A stretch of DNA of 64,000 nt, taken from NCBI RefSeq assembly GCF_000737315.1, contig NZ_JMCB01000026.1, positions 48,882-112,881 of the forward strand, given 5' to 3'. The translations under genes were made by a program, and so were the position numbers. The notes beneath the pieces are model-generated. The model had not been told where the DNA came from. It searched no databases and saw nothing but the letters and a program-made list of their open reading frames with translations. Source of the stretch: Hyalangium minutum (GTDB lineage Bacteria > Myxococcota > Myxococcia > Myxococcales > Myxococcaceae). Positions 54,913 through 64,000 of this stretch are shown in pieces. How positions within the stretch are numbered: position 1 is the first letter of the stretch; each line of letters begins with the position of its first letter.

Positions 54913-54931
54913 GCGGGGAGGTGGAGAGGAC

Positions 54932-55801
54932 ATGAATCGAGTTCTGGAGGATCTGCTCGCGCTGCTCGAGCTGGAGCCCATCGAGGAGAACCTGTTCCGA
55001 GGCCGCAGCCAGGACCTCGGCTTCCGTCAGCTCTTTGGAGGCCAGGTGCTGGGGCAAGCGCTGTCGGCCGCCAGCAAGACAGTAGAGGCCCAGCGGCATG
55101 CGCACTCGCTGCACGGCTACTTCCTGCGCCCCGGGGACGCCAGCCTGCCCGTGGTCTACACCGTGGACCGCGTGCGCGACGGCGGCAGCTTCACCACCCG
55201 GCGCGTGGTGGCCATCCAGAAGGGCCAGCCCATCTTCACGATGATGGCGTCCTTCCAGAGCGAGGAGCCGGGCGCCTCGCACCAGGCGCCCATGCCCCAG
55301 GTCCCCGGCCCCGAGGGCCTGTCCACGGACATTGAGCTGCTGCGCCGCCACGCCCACCGCATCCCCGAAAAGGTGCGCGACAAGTTCCTCGGCGACAAGC
55401 CCATCGAGATCCGCCCCGTGGCGGAGCGGGATCCCTTCGCGCCTCAGCCGACGGATCCGGTCCGCTACGTGTGGTTCCGGGCCAACGGCGAGCTGCCGAA
55501 GGATCCGCAGGTCCACCAGTACCTGCTGACCTATGCCTCGGACTTCAACCTCATCACCACGGCGATGCTGCCGCACGGCATGAGCGTCCTGCAGCCCGGA
55601 CTGCAGCTCGCCAGCCTGGACCATGCCCTCTGGTTCCACGGCCACCTGCGCATGAACGACTGGCTGCTGTACGCCATGGAGAGCCCCTGGGCGGGCAATG
55701 CCCGAGGGCTGGCCCACGGGCGCATCTTCACGCGCGAGGGCCGCCTGGTGGCCTCGACGGCTCAGGAAGGGCTGATGCGCCAGCGCCCCCCGGAGAAGTG
55801 A
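54932..55801 (+). CDS. tesB: Acyl-CoA thioesterase II
   Basis: FGGQVLGQAL, HSLHGYFL, YASD, SLDHALWFH and QEGLMR motifs. Confidence 0.96.
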   Translation: MNRVLEDLLALLELEPIEENLFRGRSQDLGFRQLFGGQVLGQALSAASKTVEAQRHAHSLHGYFLRPGDASLPVVYTVDRVRDGGSFTTRRVVAIQKGQPIFTMMASFQSEEPGASHQAPMPQVPGPEGLSTDIELLRRHAHRIPEKVRDKFLGDKPIEIRPVAERDPFAPQPTDPVRYVWFRANGELPKDPQVHQYLLTYASDFNLITTAMLPHGMSVLQPGLQLASLDHALWFHGHLRMNDWLLYAMESPWAGNARGLAHGRIFTREGRLVASTAQEGLMRQRPPEK

Positions 55802-55819
55802 GCCCCTGTCCCTCCAGAC

Positions 55820-57550
55820 TCAGCGGATCCGGAAGGGCTCCTCGATGAGGATGGGCTCGGTGGCTTTGGGATCATCTGACTCGTACGCGGGCGCATAGGG
55901 CCCAGCGTGGGTCTTCTTCCACTTGCGAGGCACGCGCTCGACGCCCACGGGGAAGACGGTGAGGCTGCCGTCCGGGTCGATGCGCAGGCGCAGGAAGTTC
56001 TTCCAGTCCGGTATCGCCAGCGCGCCAAACGCCTCGTTGTAGTGGGCCAGGAAGCCGTTGACGCTGACCCACAGATAGAAGCCCGTCACGAAGGGCCCCA
56101 CGAAAAAGCCGAACGCGAAGGTCAGCACCGTGTCCATCAGGAACTTGCCAGCCTGGTGCAGCCAACCTGCCGTGCACGTCATCCCATCCGCAGCCATCTC
56201 CGGACAGATGCCCAGGACGCTGACGGTGACGTAGGTGGCCCCCCAGGCACAGAGGAAGGCAGCGGTGAGGTGGGCCGTCGCGTGGAGCGCGCCCGCCAGC
56301 GTCCGCCACCGGCCGAACGCCACGTCCGCGAAGGCGGTAAAGGCGGCCAGGGTGGCCACACCCAACACCAGCGACAGCGGCCGGAGCACCATGGAGTACC
56401 CTACCTTGGAGATCACCTCCAGGAAGCGGGACAACCCTAAGTGGCCCACCTCCGCGTAGGCCGCCAGCGCCAGCAGCAGGTACATGGTGCCGCTCATCAG
56501 CCCAAACAGCGGACTGTGGCGCATCAGCAGGAGGTTCCCGCGCGCCAGCCGCCGCGAGGTCTTCTCATCCGGGAAGCTCTTCTTCTCCTTGTAGTCATCC
56601 AGCAGAACTCGGGCCGGAGGCGCATGGGTGGGGTGCAGGAAAGCGCCTCCCCCGCCCGCGGTGATCTTCTGCCGGCCCTCGGGATCCTCGTGCCGGCGGT
56701 AGTGGTGGAGATCTCCCGCGATGAAGACGCTGATGCGCTTGCCCAGCACCTTCTCCTGCAAATAATCGAGGTTGTTCTCCAGGTAGCCTCGCCGCTTCTT
56801 GGTGGCGGTGGCGTGGATCCACGCGGGCTCCGCGTTGCACAGGATGACGCGATCCTTCGGCCCCATGAGCGCCGCCACCGAGCGGAAGTACTCCACCTGG
56901 GGCACATCGATGTCGCTGTTGAGCTGGACGTCCGTCCCCAGCAACCACCAGTCCTGCGGCAGCTTCAGGGCGAAGTAGCTCCGGCTCTGGCGCGTGCGCC
57001 GGCCCGCCACCCAGCGGTGCGCGCAGAACAGGCGCATGAAGGCCGCCAGCCCGTCGTACCAGTCGTGGTTGCCCGGAATGACGAACAGGTCCGGGCTCGG
57101 CGGGTGTGAGCGGCGCATGGCCGCCTCATAGGGTTGGATCAGCCGCTCTTCGTACGTCTCCCGGCTGGCGCCCGGGTAGACCTCGTCTCCTCCGAAGATG
57201 AGGACCCGTCCCCGCTGGGTGACGTGCTGGGCTCCCCCGGGAACCGCGGTCTCCAGCGTCGGCAGCGCCAGCAGCCGGGCGATGCAATACGTCGGGTCCC
57301 AGCCGTCTCCCGTGTCCGCCACGTAGTCCAGCCAGAAGCTGCCGCCCCCGTCCTCGATCTGCGAGTAGTCGAAGTAGGGCTCCTGGGGCCGTACCACGGA
57401 CTCGATGAGACGCTGGTCGGCCCGCGAGCCGAACACGGCCGCGACGATGGCGTCCATGCTCGTGCGAATGAACTGCGCGGGGTGTAGCCAGCGCACCATG
57501 CCCATATGGCGCTGGGGTTTCGTCGCGGTACCGCTCTCCGGAGTCGTCAC
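55820..57550 (-). CDS. Membrane-associated calcineurin-like metallophosphoesterase
   Basis: ADTGDG, GGDEVYP, GNHDWYDG and GDLHHY motifs; C-terminal TM helices. Confidence 0.9.
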   Translation of the reverse strand: MTTPESGTATKPQRHMGMVRWLHPAQFIRTSMDAIVAAVFGSRADQRLIESVVRPQEPYFDYSQIEDGGGSFWLDYVADTGDGWDPTYCIARLLALPTLETAVPGGAQHVTQRGRVLIFGGDEVYPGASRETYEERLIQPYEAAMRRSHPPSPDLFVIPGNHDWYDGLAAFMRLFCAHRWVAGRRTRQSRSYFALKLPQDWWLLGTDVQLNSDIDVPQVEYFRSVAALMGPKDRVILCNAEPAWIHATATKKRRGYLENNLDYLQEKVLGKRISVFIAGDLHHYRRHEDPEGRQKITAGGGGAFLHPTHAPPARVLLDDYKEKKSFPDEKTSRRLARGNLLLMRHSPLFGLMSGTMYLLLALAAYAEVGHLGLSRFLEVISKVGYSMVLRPLSLVLGVATLAAFTAFADVAFGRWRTLAGALHATAHLTAAFLCAWGATYVTVSVLGICPEMAADGMTCTAGWLHQAGKFLMDTVLTFAFGFFVGPFVTGFYLWVSVNGFLAHYNEAFGALAIPDWKNFLRLRIDPDGSLTVFPVGVERVPRKWKKTHAGPYAPAYESDDPKATEPILIEEPFRIR

Positions 57551-57701
57551 AGGAGAGTCACCGTCACCCAGCCCTGCGTAACGGTCAATTCCCTGACAGG
57601 TCGCCTGTGCATCGGCCGAGCCCTACTCCGAAAGTCACTGTCAAAACCTGATATTCTTGGAAACTCAACACTCCGCCCTGAGGCCCCCTCTCCGGAAGAC
57701 A

Positions 57702-57761
57702 GGACCCAGACGCGTGATGGGCCGCGGCGGCATGGGCGTCATCGACCTGGCCCAGGAGCGG
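57702..57761 (+). pseudogene. Relic of a Ser/Thr kinase N-terminus
   Basis: Intergenic frame reads GPRRVMGRGGMGVIDLAQE, resembling the Pkn glycine-rich loop LGxGGMGxVYLA; no other kinase motifs follow. Confidence 0.45.
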
Positions 57762-57802
57762 CGCTCCGACGCGCACGCCGCCGCAGCTGGCGGGCGGATG
57801 CC

Positions 57803-58297
57803 TTACGAGCGCTCTTTCGCGACCAGCGCGGCCGCGAGCTCCTCGAGCTGATCGAGGCCGGAGTTGACGCCCTCCTCCATGCCCCCGCCCACGTGCAGCT
57901 TCTTCATCGCCACCGAGGCGAACACCGTGTGCATGGTGAGCTTCGTCTTCCCGCCCTTCTCGTCGAAGGTGACGGTGACGATCATCTTCTCGGAGCCCGG
58001 CTCCTCGAAGCCGTTGTCGTAGACGATCTTCTGGTTCGGGAGGATCTCCAGGTACTCGCCGCCAAAGGGCGGGCCCTTCTCCCCGTCCGGCCCTGTCATC
58101 TGGAAGCGAAAGTGGCCCCCCTTGCGGAAGTCCATCTCGCACAGGGTGACGGGCCAGCCTCTCGGGCCAAACCACTTCTTGATGTGCTCGGGCTTGCTGT
58201 GCGCCTCGAACAAGATGCGCGCGGGGGCCTCGAACTCGCGGGTGATGACGAGCTCTCGGTCGGCAATCGGCTCACTTACGCTGGCTGCTGCTGTCAT
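57803..58297 (-). CDS. SRPBCC/AHSA1-domain protein
   Basis: ELVITREFEAP...WFGP...EMDFRKGG.FRF...GEYLEI motifs. Confidence 0.93.
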   Translation of the reverse strand: MTAAASVSEPIADRELVITREFEAPARILFEAHSKPEHIKKWFGPRGWPVTLCEMDFRKGGHFRFQMTGPDGEKGPPFGGEYLEILPNQKIVYDNGFEEPGSEKMIVTVTFDEKGGKTKLTMHTVFASVAMKKLHVGGGMEEGVNSGLDQLEELAAALVAKERS

Positions 58298-58640
58298 GGT
58301 CCTTCTCCTTTTGCATCAGGTCCTTCACGTACTCATCCAGTTGGTCGAAGCTCTCCTCCCAGAAGCGGCGGTAGTCGCCGAGCCACTGGGCAGCTCCCGC
58401 CAGCGGCGCCGCGTTGAGGCGCACCGGACGGAACTGGGCATCCCGGCCTCGTGAGACGAGCCCGGCGCGCTCCAGCACCTTGAGATGCTTCGAGATGGTC
58501 GGCTGGCTGAGCCCGAACGGCGCCACGAGCTCGTTCACCGTGGCCTCGCCCTGAGCGAGCCTCTCCAGGATCGCTCGCCGTGTGGGATCGGCGAGCGCGG
58601 AGAAGACGAGATCGAGGTGTCCTACGTTCTGAGCGACCAT
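58272..58640 (-). CDS. ArsR/SmtB family transcriptional regulator
   Basis: FSALADPTRR.IL...SQPTISKHLKVL..AGLV; standard ArsR-SRPBCC pair. Confidence 0.95.
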   Translation of the reverse strand: MVAQNVGHLDLVFSALADPTRRAILERLAQGEATVNELVAPFGLSQPTISKHLKVLERAGLVSRGRDAQFRPVRLNAAPLAGAAQWLGDYRRFWEESFDQLDEYVKDLMQKEKDHDSSSQRK

Positions 58641-58655
58641 TCATTGCCTCTTAGC

Positions 58656-58677
58656 TATATAGCCCAATAGCTATATA
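58656..58677. promoter_or_regulatory. Inverted repeat, likely ArsR autoregulatory operator
   Basis: TATATAGC-CCAATA-GCTATATA (8-6-8) in an AT-rich patch 15 bp upstream of the ArsR start. Confidence 0.7.
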
Positions 58678-58811
58678 TATACGCTCGGCTCACGCGTCAA
58701 GCCAGGCGGGGAGATGGAGGCAGCAAAAAAAGGTGCCGCAGCACGAAACCTACATGCGACCACTTTCGATAACTCCTACATACACACCCTCACACCGGGG
58801 AGTTACCCACC

Positions 58812-60560
58812 ATGGCCGCGCGTATTTCCGAGAAGTTTCAGGGTGTTAGCCTTCCCCGCGAGGTGCTGACGGCTTCCCGCAGCAGCGGAGCCCAAGCCGA
58901 GACGCCGCAGCCGGCCGCCAGCACCCGGGCCTCCCAGGGGGGCAGCGACCGCTTCGAGAGCACCCCGGCGGCGCGTCAGCGCGTGGCTCTGGGTGAGACG
59001 CCTCGGCCCCAGCTTCCCCGCGCCGCGACCCCGGCGGCGGGCGCCCCCATCACCGCGAGCGTCACTCCGAACGCGCCCATCCCCGACAACCAGACGATGA
59101 CGTCCACCTTGTCCCTCACGGGCGACGCCACGGTGGACTCGCTGAAGCTGGACCTGGATCTCCAGCACACCTACCGCGGGGACCTCGTCGTCTCGCTGAC
59201 GAGCCCCTCGGGCAAGACGGCCGTCGTCTCCAACAAGCAGGGCGGCAGCGCGGACGACCTCAAGGGCTCCTTTGATCTGTCCGCCTTCGCGGGCGAGAAG
59301 GCCGCTGGCACTTGGACGCTCACCGTGCAGGACACGGCGCGCCAGGACACCGGCACCCTGAAGAGCTGGGGCCTCAGCATCACCCCCAAGGGCGAGCAGC
59401 CGCCTCCTCCGCCTCCGGCCTCGGAGGACTCGGATCCGATGAAGCACATCGAGTACCTGGCCTCGGACGCGCTGCAGGGCCGCGACAGTCCCTCGGACGG
59501 GCTGAGCGCTGCGTCAGAGTACGTGAAGCAGCTGGCCCAGAAGTACGGCCTCACCGGCCCCAACACCCACAACCCGAGCGATCCGTTCCAGCAGAAGTTC
59601 CAAGTGTTCTCCTTCGCCAACGAGAACGCGGCGCGCGGCCAAGCGGTCTGGGGCGAGCACGGGGCCCACAAGGAGTTCGGGCACGAGATGTTCCAGGAGG
59701 GCTTCTACCTGGACGAGAACATGCCCGCGGAGACCCGCGAGGTGCTCACCCGCAAGTACGAGGAGACGATGAAGGCGTCCGGCCAGACGCTGGCGCCGCG
59801 CTCCGGCCCGATGACGGTGGATCAGCTGCGACAGGTCTCCGAGGCGGGTCCCATGGCGCAGAACACCATGGCCATGCTCCAGGGCACCGGTCCCCACAAG
59901 GACGAGGTCATCGTGGTGATGGCCCACCTGGACCACATCGGCACGGGCCGCGACGGCAAGGTGAACAACGGCGCGGACGACAACGCGTCTGGCAGCGCGG
60001 TGCTGATGGCCTCCATCCCGGAGCTCGTCGAGGCGCAGAAGCGCGGCGAGCTGGACCGCTCGGTGCTGTTCGTGTGGACGGGCGCCGAGGAGAAGGGGCT
60101 CGTGGGCTCGCAGTACTTCGTAGACCACCCCATCCCGGGCCTGGGGCTCGACAAGATCTCCGGCGTGGTCAACATGGACATGGTGGGCCGGTGGGATGAT
60201 CAGCGGCTGTCCATCGTCGACACCAACTCGCGCGGCCAGGCCAACTACTTCCGCGACGTCGTCAACCAGGCCAACCAGAAGCTCGCGGATCCGTTCGACC
60301 GGCTCAACCAGGACATCAACCAGTACCGCGACCGGCAGGATGGCGCCGTCTTCACGCGCAAGGGCGAGGACGTGCTCTTCATGTTCGAGGGGCTCTCCAA
60401 CCCCAACGGCGGCGGCAGCCTGAACCCGGACTACCACCAGCCCACGGACGACATCGACAAGATCATCCGCGACAACGGCGGCAACAAGCCGCGCCGGGTG
60501 AAGGACCTGATGGTCAACGTCATCCAGCTCGCCGCCAACCGCCAGGCCCCCGCCGCTTGA
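58812..60560 (+). CDS. M28 family metallopeptidase with N-terminal proprotein-convertase P-domain
   Basis: P-domain (HTYRGDL.VSLTSPSG...AGTWTLTVQD...GTLKSW). M28 motifs AHLD, GADDNASG, AEEKG, NMDM and YHQPTDD. Confidence 0.92.
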   Translation: MAARISEKFQGVSLPREVLTASRSSGAQAETPQPAASTRASQGGSDRFESTPAARQRVALGETPRPQLPRAATPAAGAPITASVTPNAPIPDNQTMTSTLSLTGDATVDSLKLDLDLQHTYRGDLVVSLTSPSGKTAVVSNKQGGSADDLKGSFDLSAFAGEKAAGTWTLTVQDTARQDTGTLKSWGLSITPKGEQPPPPPPASEDSDPMKHIEYLASDALQGRDSPSDGLSAASEYVKQLAQKYGLTGPNTHNPSDPFQQKFQVFSFANENAARGQAVWGEHGAHKEFGHEMFQEGFYLDENMPAETREVLTRKYEETMKASGQTLAPRSGPMTVDQLRQVSEAGPMAQNTMAMLQGTGPHKDEVIVVMAHLDHIGTGRDGKVNNGADDNASGSAVLMASIPELVEAQKRGELDRSVLFVWTGAEEKGLVGSQYFVDHPIPGLGLDKISGVVNMDMVGRWDDQRLSIVDTNSRGQANYFRDVVNQANQKLADPFDRLNQDINQYRDRQDGAVFTRKGEDVLFMFEGLSNPNGGGSLNPDYHQPTDDIDKIIRDNGGNKPRRVKDLMVNVIQLAANRQAPAA

Positions 60561-60581
60561 CGCCCCACACGGCCGGAGTGC

Positions 60582-61745
60582 TCACCGGATCGGAGCCAGC
60601 CCCTCGCGGGGCGGCTCCTCCACCTCACGCGAGCGCTGCGCGGGCGGGGTGCTTCCGATGCTCCAGTGGAACAGGGGGACTCCCTTGAGCAGCTGTCCGA
60701 TCACCCAGGGCCCCACGTAACCCGCGAGGATGCCCACGCCCACGTGCAGCGCGACGATGGGCTGCGCGTGCCACCGATCCAGCGCCACGCGCGCGCCCAC
60801 CACGAAGTAGAGGTGGAACAGGTAGATGACCATGCTGAGGGAGCCCACGCCCAGCAGCCGGCTCCAGCTCTCCTTCCACAGGCCGCCCCGCGCCGCGCCG
60901 CGCTGGCGCAGGAAGACGACGAGTGAGAACAGCATGCAGAAGCCCAGCGGCCCGTTGATGGTGCGGGTCCACTCGTACTGCTCGAGGGGCAGCACCACAT
61001 AGACGAGCGAGAGGAGCGCGAAGAAGCCCGCCGGAACCAGCGCCTGGAGCGACACGGACTGCCGCGAGAGCCAGCGGCTGGTGGGGGCCAGCCACGGGTA
61101 GACGCACAGCCCCAGGCCGAAGAAGCGGTTCCAGTACAGGATCAGATCCACGTACTCCGCCACGGCCCCGTGAGTGGTCTCCACCCAGAGGGTCGCCAGC
61201 TCATACAGGACGATGGAGGCGCCCACGTAGACCGCCCCGCTCCAGCGGCCGAGCTGGGGCTCGGCGTACTTGCGGAACAGCCAGGAGATCAGCGTGCAGC
61301 CGATCAGCGCGTGCACGAACCAGAAGATGGAGTACGGCGGGAACCACGTGCCCGGCACCTGGCTCAGCAGCCCGAGCCACCCCTGCAGGCCCTGGGGCTT
61401 GGCGCGCAGCAGCTCCTGCGTCACGAACAGGATCGGCGCCCACACCAGCATCGGCACCAGCAGCTTGTTCAGCTTCTTGCGCAGGAAGAGACCCAGCGAG
61501 GTGTCCGCGCGCCCGAAGGCCGCTACCGCCACCCCCGAGCCCATCAACATCACCGCCATGTTGAAGCTGTGGATGATGTCGTTGACCACCCGCAGATCCA
61601 TCCGGTCCGCGGCGAACAGCTTGCGCACTCCGTGCACCGCGTCGACACCCAGCACGTGGACCACCACCACGAACAGGATGCCAATACCCCGCATGCAGAA
61701 CAGGTCGGTGGAGAGCGTCTGATTGTCTTGGCGGCTAGAGGGCAT
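60582..61745 (-). CDS. Acyltransferase 3 family membrane protein
   Basis: D..RGIGILFVVVVH, FNM, YSIFWFV and SMVIYLFH motifs; about 10 TM helices. Start set at ATG 61745. Confidence 0.88.
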   Translation of the reverse strand: MPSSRQDNQTLSTDLFCMRGIGILFVVVVHVLGVDAVHGVRKLFAADRMDLRVVNDIIHSFNMAVMLMGSGVAVAAFGRADTSLGLFLRKKLNKLLVPMLVWAPILFVTQELLRAKPQGLQGWLGLLSQVPGTWFPPYSIFWFVHALIGCTLISWLFRKYAEPQLGRWSGAVYVGASIVLYELATLWVETTHGAVAEYVDLILYWNRFFGLGLCVYPWLAPTSRWLSRQSVSLQALVPAGFFALLSLVYVVLPLEQYEWTRTINGPLGFCMLFSLVVFLRQRGAARGGLWKESWSRLLGVGSLSMVIYLFHLYFVVGARVALDRWHAQPIVALHVGVGILAGYVGPWVIGQLLKGVPLFHWSIGSTPPAQRSREVEEPPREGLAPIR

Positions 61746-61919
61746 GCCGATCCCCTGCGAACTCGAATCCAGGAAAAATTGTAACCCCAATCATTCTGAA
61801 AAACAGGGAAGAATGCGAGCATCTGACTGATCACGGCTTCCCGGAAACACCTCACCTGTAAGGTCAGGTGAGGAGCCCTGCGCAGCTTGGAGCGGTGGAA
61901 TCCGCTAGGCTTGGATTCC

Positions 61920-63179
61920 ATGGCGCCTCCCCTCTTCGCCCTGCGGTACATGACGCGGTTCAAGTGCATCGCCCAGGCGTGCGAGGACTCCTGCTGTACG
62001 GGGATGAAGGTCCTGCTCACGCAGCAAGACCGCGAGCGGCTCACGGCGGCAATGGCCTCCCCAGGAGATCGGCAGGAGTTGGAGGCCAAGGTGCTCCCCT
62101 TGGTAGGGCGGACAGACGGCTTCGAGTCCGAGATCACCCTGCGGCCGGATCGCACGTGCGGCTTCCTGGAGGAGGATCGGCTCTGCTCGGTGTGGAAGCG
62201 GCACGGCGAGTCGGTGCTGCCAGACGTGTGCTCACTGTTTCCCCGGGTGCTCTCGTACCTGGATGAGCGCGTGGAGGTGGCGGGGACGCTGGCGTGCCCC
62301 GAGGCCGCCCGGCTGTGCCTGCTGGCCGAGGACTCATTGGAGCTCGTCGAAGCCCCCTCCTCCGTCACCGAGCGCGTGCCGCCCGTCACCCGGGGAACTC
62401 CCGAGCCGTACGCGGCGCACCTCGAGGAGGTGCGGGCCTGCGGGGCGGAGCTGCTCGGGAACCCGCGGTACCCGGTGCAGACGCGGATCATGATGATCGC
62501 GGAGCTGGGCGTCCGGACGGCGGCGTTCTTCCACCGAGGGGCTCCGGCGTTCGAGCCCGCGCTCCTGCACGAGGAGCTGGCCCGGGCGCGCCGCCCCGAG
62601 GTCCAGGAGGAGATCCACCAAGGCCTCGCCTCGGTGACGGTGCCGGGCGAGGCGACGCTCCAGGTGATCATCCAGCTGCTCACATCGCTGCAGCCGGCGG
62701 GGACAGCGCGGTACAACCAGATGGTCAACGTCATCCTGAATGGCTACATGCAGGCGGCCATGCAGTTGGAGCCGACGGCGGGCGAGCCAGGCGGGCCGGA
62801 GCTCTTCCCGGTGCTCCAGCGGGTGTACGAGGCGCGGCGGGCGCGGCTGGACGCGGTGCTGGGCGAGAAGATCAGCCAGTACTGCGCGCGCTACTGCCTG
62901 AACGAGTGGTACCGGGAATGGTACACGAAGTCGCCGGACCTGGTGTCGCACGCGTTCAAGCTGCTGCTGCGGCTGGCGGCGCTGCGGTTCCTGCTGGCGG
63001 GGCACCCGTACATCGAGCAGGCGCCCGAGCCGTGCGCGGTGGAGATCTTCCAGATCTTCACCAAGCAGGTGGAGCGGGACTTCCAGTTGATGCCGCTACT
63101 GGATCAGACGCTCACGCCCGAGTCCCTGGGCGTGGACGCGCTGGGCCGTACGGTGCTGTTCGCCAAGGCCTGCGGATAA
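61920..63179 (+). CDS. FliB-like (flagellin lysine-N-methylase / YkgJ-type Cys-cluster) protein
   Basis: FKCIAQACEDSCC, CGFL...LCSV, PDVCSLFPR and TLACPEAARL motifs match the FliB N-terminal cluster. Confidence 0.85.
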   Translation: MAPPLFALRYMTRFKCIAQACEDSCCTGMKVLLTQQDRERLTAAMASPGDRQELEAKVLPLVGRTDGFESEITLRPDRTCGFLEEDRLCSVWKRHGESVLPDVCSLFPRVLSYLDERVEVAGTLACPEAARLCLLAEDSLELVEAPSSVTERVPPVTRGTPEPYAAHLEEVRACGAELLGNPRYPVQTRIMMIAELGVRTAAFFHRGAPAFEPALLHEELARARRPEVQEEIHQGLASVTVPGEATLQVIIQLLTSLQPAGTARYNQMVNVILNGYMQAAMQLEPTAGEPGGPELFPVLQRVYEARRARLDAVLGEKISQYCARYCLNEWYREWYTKSPDLVSHAFKLLLRLAALRFLLAGHPYIEQAPEPCAVEIFQIFTKQVERDFQLMPLLDQTLTPESLGVDALGRTVLFAKACG

Positions 63180-63272
63180 GCCGCTGGCGGCGCTATTGAA
63201 TTCACGAAACGTGGGTATTGCCGCACACGACAAGGAGCCGTTTCACGGTACCAACCGGTTGGCAGCAGCCGC

Positions 63273-64000
63273 TTACGGGACGTAACCCGGATACAACCGC
63301 TCCGGCCAGCGGTCCACAACCATTCCTGTCGTCACGCTTGGGGCAAGCGCGGTGTCGCCTTTGAACTCCTCAATAGGCGCAAAAGTGCCGTCGCCACCCG
63401 AGACGAAACAGACGGGTAGTTCTTCTCGATTGGGCAGTTTCACCCGGTCATACACGGCGATGATCTCGCCGGGTTTGCCACTCGGTGTCTTCTCAGGCAC
63501 CACGTACACCTTGCCGAAGAAACGGGTACCCGGGGGCGCCTTGCGCATTTGCACCTCGTCGCTCAGCACCCGGTTCGTTACGACGCCGACGACGGGCCCA
63601 GGGCGGTAGGCGTGGACACCCTTATTCGGCCCTCTGTCATCCAGTTTGAGGCTGAATGTCTCCCCCATGCGCCAACCGAGTTCCTTCTCCATGGCTTCCT
63701 GGGCTCCCGGCGGGCACTCGAAAGGCTCCGGCCTGAGTTGAACCCCCGTGCATCCAGCAGCCATCGCCGCTGTCAACGTGACGGCTCGACACCACGCTGG
63801 GAATGCCGGATCTGTCGCGGCGGGGGCTGACGACAATCCGCGTACGTTGCGTGCTGGCTTGAGTGCATCCGGCGGCTTGCTCTTCACGGTGGATCCTTCC
63901 TTCTGGGGGGTGGCAGGAGCGGCGAGGAGGGGGGCTGCCGCTTGTGGAGGTGCAGGCGCGGATACAGCAGGGACGTTCACGGGAGGCTGCACTGGGAGCG
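63273..64000 (-). CDS. C-terminal part of a myxobacterial protein, probably the extracytoplasmic tail of a Ser/Thr kinase (5' end outside window)
   Basis: Frame is open to the window end. Pro/Ala linker, TM-like AVTLTAAMAAGC, then CPPGA...PPGT.F.G...LPVC, which I associate with myxobacterial kinase tails. Confidence 0.6.
   Translation of the reverse strand, partial: LPVQPPVNVPAVSAPAPPQAAAPLLAAPATPQKEGSTVKSKPPDALKPARNVRGLSSAPAATDPAFPAWCRAVTLTAAMAAGCTGVQLRPEPFECPPGAQEAMEKELGWRMGETFSLKLDDRGPNKGVHAYRPGPVVGVVTNRVLSDEVQMRKAPPGTRFFGKVYVVPEKTPSGKPGEIIAVYDRVKLPNREELPVCFVSGGDGTFAPIEEFKGDTALAPSVTTGMVVDRWPERLYPGYVP

Overview
High-GC myxobacterial DNA, most likely Cystobacterineae/Archangiaceae, inferred from a carD-carG pair with AT-hooks, a MYXO-CTERM tag and Pkn-type kinases. 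Bases 1-33.1 kb hold a complete minus-strand dcw cluster: mraZ, a STAS gene, rsmH, ftsL, ftsI, murE, murF, mraY, murD, ftsW, murG, murC, murB, ddl, ftsQ, ftsA and a partial ftsZ. ftsA and ftsZ are separated by an intrinsic terminator and a 14.6 kb gene. That 4874-aa ORF reads as a two-part polyprotein: a lipoprotein-signal adhesin with about 40 Ig-like repeats ending in an internal MYXO-CTERM tag, then a second signal peptide and a TraB-like beta-barrel/TSP3/OmpA protein. Bases 34.9-42.2 kb are a lower-GC accessory region between convergent genes. Most of it is bracketed by 22-bp direct repeats matching the 5' half of a tRNA-Arg(CCT), and the right repeat overlaps the stop codon of an acyl-CoA dehydrogenase whose end mimics the tRNA anticodon arm. 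Cargo: a CHAT protease, an HNH nuclease with altered Zn knuckles, an orphan Imm11-like immunity gene behind a collapsed toxin gene, a DUF5677/HEPN-like gene, and a SUKH immunity gene with a truncated toxin-like ORF. The rest is ordinary myxobacterial content (ACAD, App1-like phosphatase, Ser/Thr kinase, carD-carG, GT-C glycosyltransferase, P450, tesB, metallophosphoesterase, ArsR/SRPBCC, M28 peptidase, acyltransferase, FliB-like protein). All family assignments come from motif recognition by eye; no database search was run.
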